Below, in pieces: positions 36,511 to 47,702 of a DNA stretch of 64,000 nt. The notes under the pieces are model-generated. The model saw only the letters and a list, made by a program, of their open reading frames with translations, was not told where the DNA came from and did not search any database. Made by a program: the position numbers and the translations under genes. This stretch comes from a virus (taxonomy: Duplodnaviria > Caudoviricetes): the IMG/VR virus record IMGVR_UViG_3300028805_000060, positions 80,871 through 144,870 of that record. The stretch is one strand, 5' to 3'. How positions within the stretch are numbered: the first letter of the stretch is position 1; each line of letters begins with the position of its first letter.

Positions 36511-38112
36511 TTATTCAAATAGTAAATCTATTTCATTATTATTAATTTTTGATTTTTTATCAACTTTTGCAGACAATAAATCGTCCGTTTCTTGCTTATT
36601 ATAATAATTTATTAAGTTATCAACATCTATAGTTATATAACCTACATCATTCTGTAGCTCACTTAGTTTTTTAGGCATATAAATGTTAAAAGAGTTAGAA
36701 TAAATAACATCTCCATTGTTAAAATAAGAGACATTTCTGCTTCATAAATACTCGTCTTCTAATAAATTAGGTTTTTCATTCGTTCACGCAATTTTAAGGT
36801 CTAGTAAAAGTTCTTTTTGATCTTCACCCATTGCTATAAATTGATCTTTTCCATAACATAAACCATAGAGACCTTTTTGATCATCGTCTCTATAGCTCAA
36901 TGAGTAAATTCTTCCATTAAAAGATTCTCAAATTTCTCCTCGAGAAGTTTGGACATTCAACCATGTAATATACCATCTTCCTTCTCCTCATACAATATCC
37001 TCTATCAAAAGATTCGTATTATCAGGAGTTGTAGGAACATTCCAATTATATCCATTTGTTGAATATCTGAGTTCATTTTCTCCTCCTAGGACAAAAAGAT
37101 TTCCTCCAAAATATACATATTTAATTGCTTTTGTAAAAGACGGATTTGACTCTTCAACTCATTTTTTCCCATTAAGAGAATAAAGAATTAATCCACCATC
37201 GCCAACAGCAATATATTTTCCTTTACCAAAACATACAGCATTAATCTTAGATAAAGTTCCTGTATTAATTTCAGTCCATTCTTCTCCATCTAGACTAACA
37301 GCCATATAGCCATTATCTCCTACGATGAAAAATTGATTATTAATATATTGAATATTTCTTGGAGTCATTGAAAATTTTTTATAGACAGTCCATTCTATTA
37401 AATCATATGATTTATAGATTGTTCTTGTTGTAAAACATAAAGCCAAGAAGAATCCATTCCCAAAACAAATTTTATTAATTGTTGTGTTTGTAAAAGGATT
37501 TTCAATCTCTGTTCAATTTTTTCCATCAGAACTGTAAATAACAGCCCCTTGCATCCCTACTAACACATAGAGATCTCTTCCAAAACATCCACTAAGGAAA
37601 CGCTTTGAAGATGGAAAAGCACAATTTTCTCAAATATATTCTTCTGAAATATTTATAGGAGATTTAGATTTTGTATATTGAACTTCAATTTGGGTAGTAT
37701 TAATATCTTGTTTAATATATCCTGCATTTTCAATAGATTGAATTTCTTCTTGAATTTCATCCAATTCTTCAGAAACATTGTCTAAAGTAAAACTTAATTC
37801 AGAGACAGACGTTTCTCCATCCCCAATTTTTATACCATAGATAGGTTTACCTTCAGAAGTTGTTTGATAATCTGTATAAATAATAATATAATTCTTAATT
37901 GGGACATAACTCGCATGAGTATTCCAATACTCTGTAGTCCCATATTTTATCCCAGCAAATCCAGTGTGTCCACTGCTTTCGTAGTCGAGTTCAGTTAGCT
38001 TACTGTGCTCTGTAGTGCTCATAGAAGTAATTTCAGCTGCTGTTTCGATTTCAATTTCGGCTGAGAACTCATCGTCCGTAGTAGGGACATTAACATAATT
38101 TTCTATCGACAT
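36511..38112 (-). CDS. Beta-propeller (Asp-box/BNR) tail-associated protein (533 aa)
   Basis: Repeats S.DG..W / S.NG..W, with W encoded by TGA or TGG; KIGDG motif; C-terminal KLSELQNDVGYIT and INNNEIDLLF. Confidence 0.72.
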
Positions 38113-38474
38113 CTCTCTACCTCCACTGGAAACCTTGCACCAATAGTAATAATCTTTTGATCTCCTTCTGAGCTTCTCATGAATTTCAAAGCATATGTAT
38201 ATTCGCCAGGTTTAAATAATTTTGAAATTTGTTTCGTAAATTTTAGAAATATTGTTTTCGAAGTTCCAATATTCTTATTAATAAAAGCATAAACCAACTT
38301 TTTGCTAAGTTTATTATAAAACTCAACAACAAGCTGATCATCTTCTTTATAGTCATATGGAACACCGTCTTTAAGAAGATTTACTTTTCATTTGATATAG
38401 AAAGTATCACCTTCATTCCATTTCAATATTCCATTAATTATACGAGGGTTTACTGTAATAATTGTGTTATTCAT
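38103..38474 (-). CDS. BppU-like baseplate/fibre attachment protein (123 aa)
   Basis: GGAGG RBS; WNEGDTF..PGEYTYAL pattern; one internal TGA. Confidence 0.5.
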
Positions 38475-38493
38475 AACTCCCTCCTATAATTTA

Positions 38494-38880
38494 TTAAAAT
38501 TTTTGTAAAAAGGTTCCTACAATTGTAAGTCCATCTCCTGAAACTGTTTCCGCTTTAATTCTAATTCTTGATAATCCAGCAACATATACCTTATAGATTC
38601 CTGTTGTACTTATTGTTGCTGCTTTTTCATCAGAACTATATTCTGAAACTTTAATATCTGTCCAAGAACAATCATCATCATCTAATTGTTCTCCATTTGA
38701 TGACACAGTGTTTACACATCCTTGTACTTTTAATGTTCCAGTACCAGTTCCTGAAACTTCTAATGTCATAAGTTGATATCCTGCATTGTAGAAGGAATCA
38801 CTTGTTTTTGATTCTTTGACTGGATTCTTAACAGAATCAAAGAAAGGGAAAGTTCTTAAATTTAAAAATGAATTTGCCAT
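38494..38880 (-). CDS. Hypothetical beta-rich virion protein
   Basis: AAGGAGG RBS; first gene of the fibre cluster. Confidence 0.55.
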   Translation of the reverse strand: MANSFLNLRTFPFFDSVKNPVKESKTSDSFYNAGYQLMTLEVSGTGTGTLKVQGCVNTVSSNGEQLDDDDCSWTDIKVSEYSSDEKAATISTTGIYKVYVAGLSRIRIKAETVSGDGLTIVGTFLQKF

Positions 38881-39014
38881 AATACCTCCTTAATAATTAA
38901 TAATAATATTATAAAAAAATAAATACAATAATTTTTATTAAGATTTAAAGATCAATGAAATTTAAACATTAATAAAGACTATGAAGTATTTATGATTTTG
39001 TATTGAATTTTAAA

Positions 39015-39044
39015 TTTATTTGGGGGAAAACTCCCCCAAATAAA
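39015..39044. terminator. 13-bp hairpin after nrdG
   Basis: TTTATTTGGGGGA-AAAC-TCCCCCAAATAAA. Confidence 0.6.
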
Positions 39045-39059
39045 ACTTGTCTTTTATTT

Positions 39060-39530
39060 TTAAAGCTTTACAGCATATTGATTAGGGCTTGCTAGGACAA
39101 CTCCTAAAACTTCATCAAATCTTGATGGCTGATTAGGAATAAATCTTCCATATTTAACAATGATATTCTTAAAAGATGAAAGAGTATTAGTTTTATCAAT
39201 AACTTCTTCTTCTTTATATCCTGTATAAATAACGATATCATCATCAAATTTTGCTCTAAATTTTGTAATAAAATCTAATAGATCTTCTCAAGAGTCTAAT
39301 GGTTCTAGACCTCCAAATACTACAGCTGAACTAAAAGGATTTTTTTCATATTGTTGAATTAAAGAATCTATACTTATTTCAACAGTTGGGGCAAGAGCCA
39401 GTGGGCTATTTTGACAGCATTTAATCCCGCAATCCTTTTCACACTTAAAAGTACAGTAAGGAAGACCTATAAACATTGCACATTTTTTATAGTTAGTAAA
39501 ATCCTCATCTTGAACAAATTTAATTTGCAC
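39060..39530 (-). CDS. nrdG: Anaerobic ribonucleotide reductase activase (radical SAM)
   Basis: GGAGG-GTG start; CTFKC..CCQN, GGLEP-LDS-W(TGA), IVIYTGY, KYGRF, LASPNQY; adjacent to nrdD. Confidence 0.85.
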
Positions 39531-41461
39531 TAGAGATCCTCCATTTGGCTCAATGTGAATCAATCTCTCAATCTAAATTCTTGTTTTCTTTCTTTTGAAT
39601 AATTTACTTCAGGAGTTAAGAAACCAACAATTCTTTGATAAGAAGTCACTTTTGGACCTCCACAAATTGGACATAAATTTCCATAAAAACCATGATTCTT
39701 ACTACAAGAACTTATTCTTGTGCAAAAAGCAAAATAAGGAATTTCCATATCAGCAATTTTATTTAATAAATCCCAAGCCATATCAAAATTTGTAAATGGA
39801 GACTCTAAATTCACATGGCTGATTGATCCTCCACTACAAGCCTCGTCTAATTGAGAGCTACATGATAATTTATTGTATAAAGAAGTCTTAACCCCCAGTG
39901 GAATCCATTGATTTCCGTATAAAGGTAAATCATAGCAACCATCTTCGAACAATAATTTATCTTTTTCTTGCAAAATTGTTGCACATCTTTCAGCTGGAAC
40001 TTGTTCAATATTAATTTGATAATCAAGTTTACCATCTGCTATAAATTGATTTTTAGTATCAGTAATAACTTTTAAAATTTCTTGAGCAAAAGCTAACCCT
40101 TCAGATGTATAACGAGCTTTCCCAAATTCATCAACCTCTGTGCCCCCTAAATATTTGATGCATTCCCAAAGAGCACAAATTCCAATCGTAGAGTATTGAG
40201 ATTTCAAATGAACTAGACCTAGAGAATAATTTGGTAATAGACCTTTGTCAATGTTGCGTTGAATTATATGTCTAATAACATCTAAAGTTTTTACACAAGT
40301 AAGAACTCTTTCTTTTAGCTTTTCTAAATATTTTTCTTTATCTTTCGTTTCATAAGCAATACGAGCTAAATTAATAGTATTAACTTTAACAGATCCTACT
40401 TCTAGAGCAGTACCTCCTATACTATTAAAATACCCTAAATTATCAATATTACTAACTAATCTACAGCAGTTAGAAAGACTTGTAACATCTTCACTAATAA
40501 AGAAGTTTGAATCTGCCCATGTCATGTTATGATTGCAACACCACTTTGCAAAATCTTCATCTACAAACTTACCATCTATACGTAAAAGAGCATAAGTCAA
40601 TACTGGGAAAGTCATCATATTTTGAGATCTAATTTCACTAACTTTTCTCATGAAAGCTTTTTGATATTCGATGAACTCTTCTACTTCGTCAATCATCATT
40701 GTCCCATCAGGGAAAATCAATCCACCAAATAATGCTTCAATATAAGATCTATCAAAAATTGAAAAATTAGTAAAAGCAGATTGAGTTACTCTTAAATAAG
40801 GCTGATTTAATTTGTAAATAATTCTCTGAAATTCTTGATCCCTGTAATATTCTGGAGAAATAATAAAATAATTTTTTTTACAGTCATTTTTCCAGAAAAA
40901 ATAAGAATAAACAAGGAAATTAGGGAGGCCTACAGCTCCACTTGTTCTGTTACTTAGCCAAGACACTGTTTCTCCAACAAAATCCGTAAAAGTTGTCAGA
41001 TGTTTTGGGGGTTGTGCGTTAAAATTTGTAACAAAGAATAATCCTTTGTCAACAATTGGCTTTAAGTCATACGCATAACAGTACGATTTGAGGGAAGAAG
41101 AATATGCATCATGCAGATAACTAGCACCATTCCATTCATCTTCTGCCCATCTTTCTGCTTGAGGCAAATCATATTTTTTCTTTAATTCAAAAAAAATCTT
41201 ATTTAAAGCTAATAGTTTTAAATGAGGTTTCATCATTTCATTCTCTAAAGTTGTGACATCTTTATGACCTATGTTAGCATTAGCATCTATACTTGCATCT
41301 GCTGTATTTTCACATTTGTCTACAAAGTTGTCTATAAATTCTGTATGGTTCATTTGTTTTTCACTTAAACCATTAAGTTCTAACATCTTTTCTCCATACT
41401 TCTTTTTCATTTTTTCTATAAAATTTTCAAAATCTTTATCTAATTTAATATCTATTTTCAT
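39530..41461 (-). CDS. nrdD: Class III (anaerobic) ribonucleoside-triphosphate reductase, no ATP cone
   Basis: YLHD, YCYAY, SNCCRL, EQVPAE, CSGGSISH, C..HG..CP.C and RIVGFL glycyl-radical loop; one TGA ten codons before the TAG. Confidence 0.92.
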
Positions 41462-41465
41462 AAAA

Positions 41466-41696
41466 CTACTCCATTTGCTTTAAATAATTTACTGCAGAAA
41501 TAAAATCATAGAAGACTCCGTCTACTTCCAATATTGGGGCTGATAAAATTGAATTTTTCTTTCCCACCTCTATTATTGTATCTTGATTTGTTTCAAGTTC
41601 ATAGTTAGCTTTCAATTTATCAAGCTTCATTTTTAAAACTGCACATTTTGGACAACCTGTCGAATATAACTTTATATATTTGGGATCTAATTTCAT
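41466..41696 (-). CDS. Glutaredoxin/NrdH-like redoxin
   Basis: LYSTGCPKC and SAPILEVDG; upstream of nrdD. Confidence 0.8.
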   Translation of the reverse strand: MKLDPKYIKLYSTGCPKCAVLKMKLDKLKANYELETNQDTIIEVGKKNSILSAPILEVDGVFYDFISAVNYLKQME

Positions 41697-41708
41697 CTTA
41701 TAACCCTC

Positions 41709-42392
41709 CTAAGCTTTTAAATCCGTATCTCTCTTTTTAATTTCTTTAGTTTCTTCTACTCCATCTAATGTTCTAAATTGTTTTTTTACAGCATTCTCGT
41801 ATACAACATCTCCGATAGCTTTTGAAAAATCTTTTAGATCATCATTGTTACTAACTGTTATTTCCTTTAAATTTGCTAACATTTCAGGAGTAAATTCTTC
41901 TTTTATTTCTTTTAAAGTATCTACTAATTTGTTTATCTTTTCGTCAGACATATCTGAAGAAACCTCTGCAAATTTTTCAATATTAGAAATACTTATTGCA
42001 GAATCAATCATTTTCTCAAATCTTACATAATCTGCTTGACAGAACGAATAAATATAGTCTACTACTCCTAACTCATAAAGAGCATCAATAGTAGCATAAT
42101 TTAATTTTTCAAAATTTATGTCATTATCTAAATTTAAAACATAACCAAAGAGCCCAAAAATTACTTTTCCAATTTCTAATCTCATAACAGAATCACCAAA
42201 ATCTTCAGCTTTTTCTAAATTTGATAATAATGAGAATAAAAGAATTTGTTTATTAATTAAAGAAAGATAAGGTCTAATTATAAACTTCTTGCATATTTCA
42301 TTAATCTCTTTAATTAATTCTTCATTATTAGGTTCTGAGTAGCATTTTAAGCAGAGATTTAATATATCACTTAATTTAATTTTTTCATCCAT
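41709..42392 (-). CDS. Hypothetical protein
   Basis: 227-aa ORF with AAGGAG RBS. Confidence 0.6.
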   Translation of the reverse strand: MDEKIKLSDILNLCLKCYSEPNNEELIKEINEICKKFIIRPYLSLINKQILLFSLLSNLEKAEDFGDSVMRLEIGKVIFGLFGYVLNLDNDINFEKLNYATIDALYELGVVDYIYSFCQADYVRFEKMIDSAISISNIEKFAEVSSDMSDEKINKLVDTLKEIKEEFTPEMLANLKEITVSNNDDLKDFSKAIGDVVYENAVKKQFRTLDGVEETKEIKKRDTDLKA

Positions 42393-42396
42393 AGCG

Positions 42397-43413
42397 TTAT
42401 TCTCCTTTTGCTTCTTTTTCTTTTTTAATTATAAAATCTTTAAAAATATTATTTAATCTATCTGATACAGGAGTATCGTCATATATTTTAATTAGTTCTG
42501 TACTTTCTCAACTAAAAATTAATCTAATTGCTTCATCAGGTAAATTCATTTGTCTTAAATAACTACAGAAAAAATGTCTTGCTGAGTGAGCATAGAATTC
42601 CAACCCGCAAATTTTTGAAACTTTTTGAGCAAAAGTATTCGCAGTGCTAATTGTCGCAGGAATATATTCTCCTGCTTTTAAAGAAACAAATAAATATTCT
42701 GAATTAATATTTAATTTTTTTCTCTCTTCCATTCACAAAGTAAAGAATGGCTCAAAAAATTCTTTAATAACATATTTATGAATCATTTTACCTTTCTTGC
42801 CGCTTCCTTTTGATCTGACTTCTGAAGTACAATACATGTATCCATCAAAGACTTCTTTTTCAGGAACAAAATCTGATACCTTCATTTGAATCAATTCAGC
42901 TTTTCTAGCTCCCGAAGCGCAAGCTAAAGCAAAGTAACAAGCAATTTGATACTGTTTTAAGTCAACTAGTTGTTTTAATATCTTTTGAACTTCTTCCAAA
43001 GACAAAACTGTCTTTTCTCTCGTAGGTGAAATACGAATAGGATCTAAAGTCCTTACAAGATTTCGAAAATGAGGATATTCTTCTTCATATAATAGCTCTA
43101 TTTCATTTGATAAACTGCTTAAAACAGATTTCAAAGAAGCAATTCTATTAGCACTCATTCCTAATTCTCTGCACCATCCAAAATAATAAACAAAATCTCT
43201 TTTTTTAATATCTGGAAAATTTTTATCAGAGTTATTTAATAAATTTCAACAGAAGAAGACTTTTAATCATTCCTCATATTGATGAATTGTTTGAGGAGAA
43301 CAATCTTGACTTTTACAGTAGAGGAGATAATCTTGAACTAATTTTTTATTTGTTGAACAAACATTTTCATATTGAGCAGTTAAATTCTTATTGTAAACTG
43401 TTGATCGTCCCAT
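42397..43413 (-). CDS. Tyrosine recombinase (338 aa, TGA=Trp)
   Basis: SAM-like N-terminus, SGARKAEL, KG, HSARH and FS-W(TGA)-EST..IY. The catalytic Trp and Tyr need readthrough. Confidence 0.85.
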
Positions 43414-43422
43414 AGCTCCCTC

Positions 43423-44097
43423 CTAATTTTTTATTTGATTGAGCATATCAATTTCATTATTACACATTGCAATAGCATGTGGAGCTTTTAATGTTTTGAT
43501 ATGTCTCTTGATTTCTTTTATCTTATCATTTATATCTCTGTTTCATTTAACATCGAAGAATGTTTTAGCTAAAAATACCGCATCAGATTCATCGTATGTT
43601 ATGTCAGGAGATAATGAGTATTCTTTAACAACATACATTTTAATATCATCCTTAGTAATTTTATCATCTTTTTTTCTATTTGTCAAGTTTTTAAAATAAG
43701 AATGAGTAGTTATTGGATAAATCCCTACATTATCATATGTTGCAATATTATTCATGAATAAATACAAATCTAAAATTGCATGTGCTTTTGCTAATGCCAC
43801 AAAAGTCTGAATAGTAGAACTTTTTCCTGCCCTGATTTGAGCAGGAACAGCTTCAAAAGACACAACAATATCTTCTTTTTTAATTCCTTTTTTAAATAAT
43901 TTTTTGAAAAAAGTGTCAATTTCATTATATAACCCCATCACTGGTAAGTCTTCATGTTCCGACACACTGAGTATCGCCAGATCTAGCGGTTTTTTAGCAT
44001 TTATATCTCATATACAAACCCCTGTAATTCGGCTTGCTAAATCAAACATTATTAAATATTTATATGTCAAAATATTTTCTTTAAATTTAATAAACAT
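43423..44097 (-). CDS. RuvC-like Holliday junction resolvase (224 aa)
   Basis: MFDLASRITGVCI-W(TGA), VSFEAVP, K..IK and DESDA. Confidence 0.75.
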
Positions 44098-44105
44098 TAT
44101 TCCTC

Positions 44106-44654
44106 CTATGATTCCAAACTAATTACTAAACATTGTTCTCCGCCATCAGTAGCTTCTGTAATTTTTGCATACTGACTTCCGTTATTTACTAGAACAACGG
44201 CAGGAGCAGATTTTTTTATATATAAATCACCTGTTAAATTAGCCGTAGGACCTGCAGTTATAGGAAGATAAAGATCTCCTTCTTCAGAAACAATATTACC
44301 TATTTCCGTCTGTAGAATATTTATTTGATCTTTTAATTCTTGTAATTTTTCTTGAATTGGTTGTTTCGATGAACCAACTTTTTTAATAATAAATGAGTTA
44401 TTTAATTGATTACGAATTTTGTATACATAAACATAATCACCTTGCTGCAGATCAAAGTCTGTTAATGCAGGAATTGAATTAATAACTGTTGATTCATCTG
44501 GCAAAATATATACATTATAACTTCCATCGTTATTTACAGAAGCTACTTTACATAAAATAGTATTATCTTGCTTATTAATTTCGTCTTGAATCATTTCTTT
44601 TATGATATCAACAAAATTACTAACTGTTTTTGTTTGATTCTTATTATCTGCCAT
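44106..44654 (-). CDS. Putative tail/baseplate protein with OB-fold-like N-terminus
   Basis: CKVASVNNDGSYNV..LQQGDYVYV followed by a coiled coil and YLPIT..LTGDL. Confidence 0.5.
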   Translation of the reverse strand: MADNKNQTKTVSNFVDIIKEMIQDEINKQDNTILCKVASVNNDGSYNVYILPDESTVINSIPALTDFDLQQGDYVYVYKIRNQLNNSFIIKKVGSSKQPIQEKLQELKDQINILQTEIGNIVSEEGDLYLPITAGPTANLTGDLYIKKSAPAVVLVNNGSQYAKITEATDGGEQCLVISLES

Positions 44655-44678
44655 AATGTAGCCTCCATATTAAATGTT

Positions 44679-44709
44679 AAAAAAAGGATCCCTCTTTCCA
44701 GGGATCCTT
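44679..44709 (-). terminator. Intrinsic terminator AAGGATCCCT-GGAAAG-AGGGATCCTTTTTTT
   Basis: 10-bp stem plus U-tract. Confidence 0.75.
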
Positions 44710-44723
44710 AATTGTTGTGTATT

Positions 44724-44972
44724 TTATTCTTCAACAATTTGAGCTTCTTGATCTAAAACAGATTGTTGATTTTCTTCAGCATTCATTTCTTCAACATTCT
44801 CTACAACCATGTAAGCTCTTTCTTCAGGTTTTTTGCCTTTCTTTTTATTTTTCTTTTTTTCTTTTTCTTCTTCTTGTTTTTCTAATTCTAGAAGCATTTG
44901 TTTTTTCTTTGCTTCTTCTTCTCTTCTTTTTCTAGCTGCCGCGTTCTTTGCACGTAAAGTTGCTAAATCCAT
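44724..44972 (-). CDS. Small highly charged hypothetical protein
   Basis: AAGGAGG RBS; K/E-rich. Confidence 0.5.
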   Translation of the reverse strand: MDLATLRAKNAAARKRREEEAKKKQMLLELEKQEEEKEKKKNKKKGKKPEERAYMVVENVEEMNAEENQQSVLDQEAQIVEE

Positions 44973-44973
44973 A

Positions 44974-45393
44974 CTATTCCTCCTTAGCTTTATTCTTAGC
45001 CAATTTTACTTTCTTTCCTTCTTTCGAAGCTTTAGTCATGCTATTGAAATAATCAATTAATTCTTTAATATATGCAATTACTTCTTTAAGAGTTTCTTCA
45101 TTAATTTCGATATGCATTTCTTCGCATTCTGCTTTGATAATATCAATTGCCATTTGTTCTTTTTCTTCAGAACTTCCACCTGTTGTTTCTGCTGCTTTGG
45201 TTGCAACCTCAGCTATCTTCATAATTTTAGCCCAATCTTTTTCTTTTATTAATTCTTTAATTTTTTTAAATAAAGCTAGTGCAGTAGGTACTAAAGCAGA
45301 TATTGCACTAATTAAGCCAATAAGTAATGTAATTAATCCAACCCATCCTTCAACTGTTGATGGCCATATACTTAACATTGTAAACATTTTCAT
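44974..45393 (-). CDS. Holin, LL-H-like
   Basis: N-terminal transmembrane helix, then AEVATKAAE..GSSEEKEQMA and a basic C-terminus. Confidence 0.6.
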   Translation of the reverse strand: MKMFTMLSIWPSTVEGWVGLITLLIGLISAISALVPTALALFKKIKELIKEKDWAKIMKIAEVATKAAETTGGSSEEKEQMAIDIIKAECEEMHIEINEETLKEVIAYIKELIDYFNSMTKASKEGKKVKLAKNKAKEE

Positions 45394-45405
45394 TCCGCTC
45401 CTTTT

Positions 45406-46293
45406 TTATTTTTTATCTTCTATTTGTAACCCTGCATTTTTTAACAAATTATTATATTTTTTAAAATCAATATATTGCCTAAAAGCAGAGGAAAGTTGCC
45501 CTGATAAATTTGGGGCAATAATATTTACTAAATTCAAAAAATTTTTACGAGTTTCTCCTTTTATAACCTCTCCGTTTTTGGTATTTTTGTCAAGGTATCC
45601 AAAAACAAAATCTTTATCATTGTTGACACAAACAGTCTGTTTGCCTCAACCCGAACAAATCTGGAATAATGATCCATATTCAGAATCACTTAGAACTTCT
45701 CAGTTACCAGAGGAAGATAAACCTCGAAAAGTTTGTTCATATAATGGACCCGATAATAATTTTGTTCACTCAGGTAAAACAATTTTAGGATCTGAAAATA
45801 ATAATAAATTATACCCAGAATATTTACTAGAAAAACCTAAATTCGTTATTTGGTTATTATTAACTAAGATATTATAAGGACTAAGAGTAGTTGAACCAAA
45901 GGAAATATCATAAGCTAAATTTGTATTAATTGTATAAAAAATCCCAAGCGGATTTGATATTTTACTATTTATGTTTGATTCTTCAAGAATTCTAGCTAAT
46001 TCATAAAAAGAAATTTCTTGACCAGGCTGATAAGTAAAAATTTGTTCTTGTTTTAAAGAAGTTCCTCTTTCAACAAATAAATCTTCAGAGATTTGTTTAT
46101 ATGATCCTTTTCTTAAATACAATTCTGTATCATTAAAAAGAATTCTAGGGATTTGAGCTTCTCTTGCATTTAATTCTCTCTGGGAAATATAAAATCAACA
46201 GTTCTCTCCTTGCTGATTTTTCCCTTGGATTAGTAAAGGGGCATCATTATACCCAGTAAATACATTTCATTGTAAATAAAATATTAGGTTCAT
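45406..46293 (-). CDS. Hypothetical protein (295 aa, five TGA)
   Basis: Open from ATG 46293 to TAA 45406 under table 4; fills the gap exactly. Confidence 0.65.
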
Positions 46294-46295
46294 TG

Positions 46296-46490
46296 TTATT
46301 CTTCACTTCTTTCAAAATTTTTACAAACATCTTTATCTGCTGTGCATTCAAATAATTTGATATTCTTACAATATCTCTGATACATACATCTTTCCCCTGT
46401 TAACACACAAATAAAATAGGATGCTCCATTTCCTTGAGAATGGATACATTTTCTTGCTTTAACTTTAGGAATTAAATTTTGTTTATTCAT
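46296..46490 (-). CDS. Small Cys-rich protein
   Basis: AAAGGAG RBS; six Cys (C..C..CMYQRYC..C..C); follows the tail tube gene. Confidence 0.6.
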   Translation of the reverse strand: MNKQNLIPKVKARKCIHSQGNGASYFICVLTGERCMYQRYCKNIKLFECTADKDVCKNFERSEE

Positions 46491-46573
46491 GATTTCTCCT
46501 TTTATTAATCTCAAATTAATCACTTTTTATTTTCAATCTATTAGACCAAAACGAACAGCCTAATAAACTGAAA

Positions 46574-46608
46574 ATAAAAAGCGAAAAAATTTATTTTTCA
46601 CTTTTTAT
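46574..46608 (-). terminator. AT-rich terminator-like hairpin after the major tail gene
   Basis: ATAAAAAGTGAAAAA/TTTTTCGCTTTTTAT followed by TTT. Confidence 0.45.
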
Positions 46609-46617
46609 ATATTAATT

Positions 46618-47637
46618 TTATGCTGCTGATACTACAACAGTTTCCTTGATACTAGGCTTATCTGTTAAAGAAATAGTATATGTTGCAGCACTTGGGAAAG
46701 TTTTAGTTCCCTCAGGGAAAGTAGGATCAAAAGTTAATTTATCATTATCAACTAAATTTAAAGTCCCATTCTTATGTAAAGCATAAATGTGAGGAATCAT
46801 ACCTACTTTTAAATAATCTTCATCAGCAACGAGTTCAGTTACATCATCATACCAATGAAGGTCATTATATACCGCGATAATTCTAAGTAATTTAGAATTA
46901 TTCATATCGCAACCATCTTGAGAAGCTAAAGCTGTACCAGATAAAGACATTGTTTGGTTAGAACTCATATTCATTGTGAATTCTTGAGCACCATTTAATT
47001 TAAATCTAGGAACTTCATAAGTGATAGTACCAGCAGCTTTACCAGCAGATGCCTCGCAAGCATCACCAGCAAAAATTGGAGCTGTAATAACTAAGAATAA
47101 TTCTTCAGGAATCATATTACTTGAAATTTCTGCAATATGAGCATTATCATCCTGTGTAACATATCTTAAACATACATGACCATCTTCAGGAGCTGTAAAT
47201 ACTTTACCATTTAATTCAGTGGTAGCAACTTTCCAATCGCCATTATCAATTGAATACCAAACAATCTTTTGTGACTTTCCACACCCCATGTTTAATTCAG
47301 CTAATTCATCTGGGATTGTGTAAGTCTTAGAATCTGAACTTGCTTGGAAATCTTTATTTTTATAAATATTTCCGCCAACATTGAATTTAGTTCCAAGTTG
47401 AGCTTCTACATATGATTCATTAAATAGAATGTCAGTTAAAGTAATTTCAACACTTGGATCATGGTAGAAAGAAAATTGAATTGGAGCGCCAGTTCCACCA
47501 CGAATATCATCTTTAGTGATAGAAATATTTAAACTTGAGTCAGTTAATGTTTTAGATACAAATGCAATTTGAAGCTCATCATTAACTCTACGAAAAGCTT
47601 CTGCAGTACCAACACTACCTAAAAAGTATTTTGCCAT
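46618..47637 (-). CDS. Major tail (tube) protein
   Basis: MAKYFLGSVG..SKTLTDSSLNISIT.DDIRGGTG; position after the head-completion genes; no TGA. Confidence 0.75.
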   Translation of the reverse strand: MAKYFLGSVGTAEAFRRVNDELQIAFVSKTLTDSSLNISITKDDIRGGTGAPIQFSFYHDPSVEITLTDILFNESYVEAQLGTKFNVGGNIYKNKDFQASSDSKTYTIPDELAELNMGCGKSQKIVWYSIDNGDWKVATTELNGKVFTAPEDGHVCLRYVTQDDNAHIAEISSNMIPEELFLVITAPIFAGDACEASAGKAAGTITYEVPRFKLNGAQEFTMNMSSNQTMSLSGTALASQDGCDMNNSKLLRIIAVYNDLHWYDDVTELVADEDYLKVGMIPHIYALHKNGTLNLVDNDKLTFDPTFPEGTKTFPSAATYTISLTDKPSIKETVVVSAA

Positions 47638-47702
47638 AATTTTTAATCTCCTTTTGTTTATATTTTTTAAAAGCACTGTTTAAAGTGCTTGGTTAAAGAT
47701 AT

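Noticed and set aside
38885-38960. SigmaA promoter for the fibre cluster (TTGTAT-17-TATTAT)
   Set aside because: The region is extremely AT-rich, so such matches are expected by chance.
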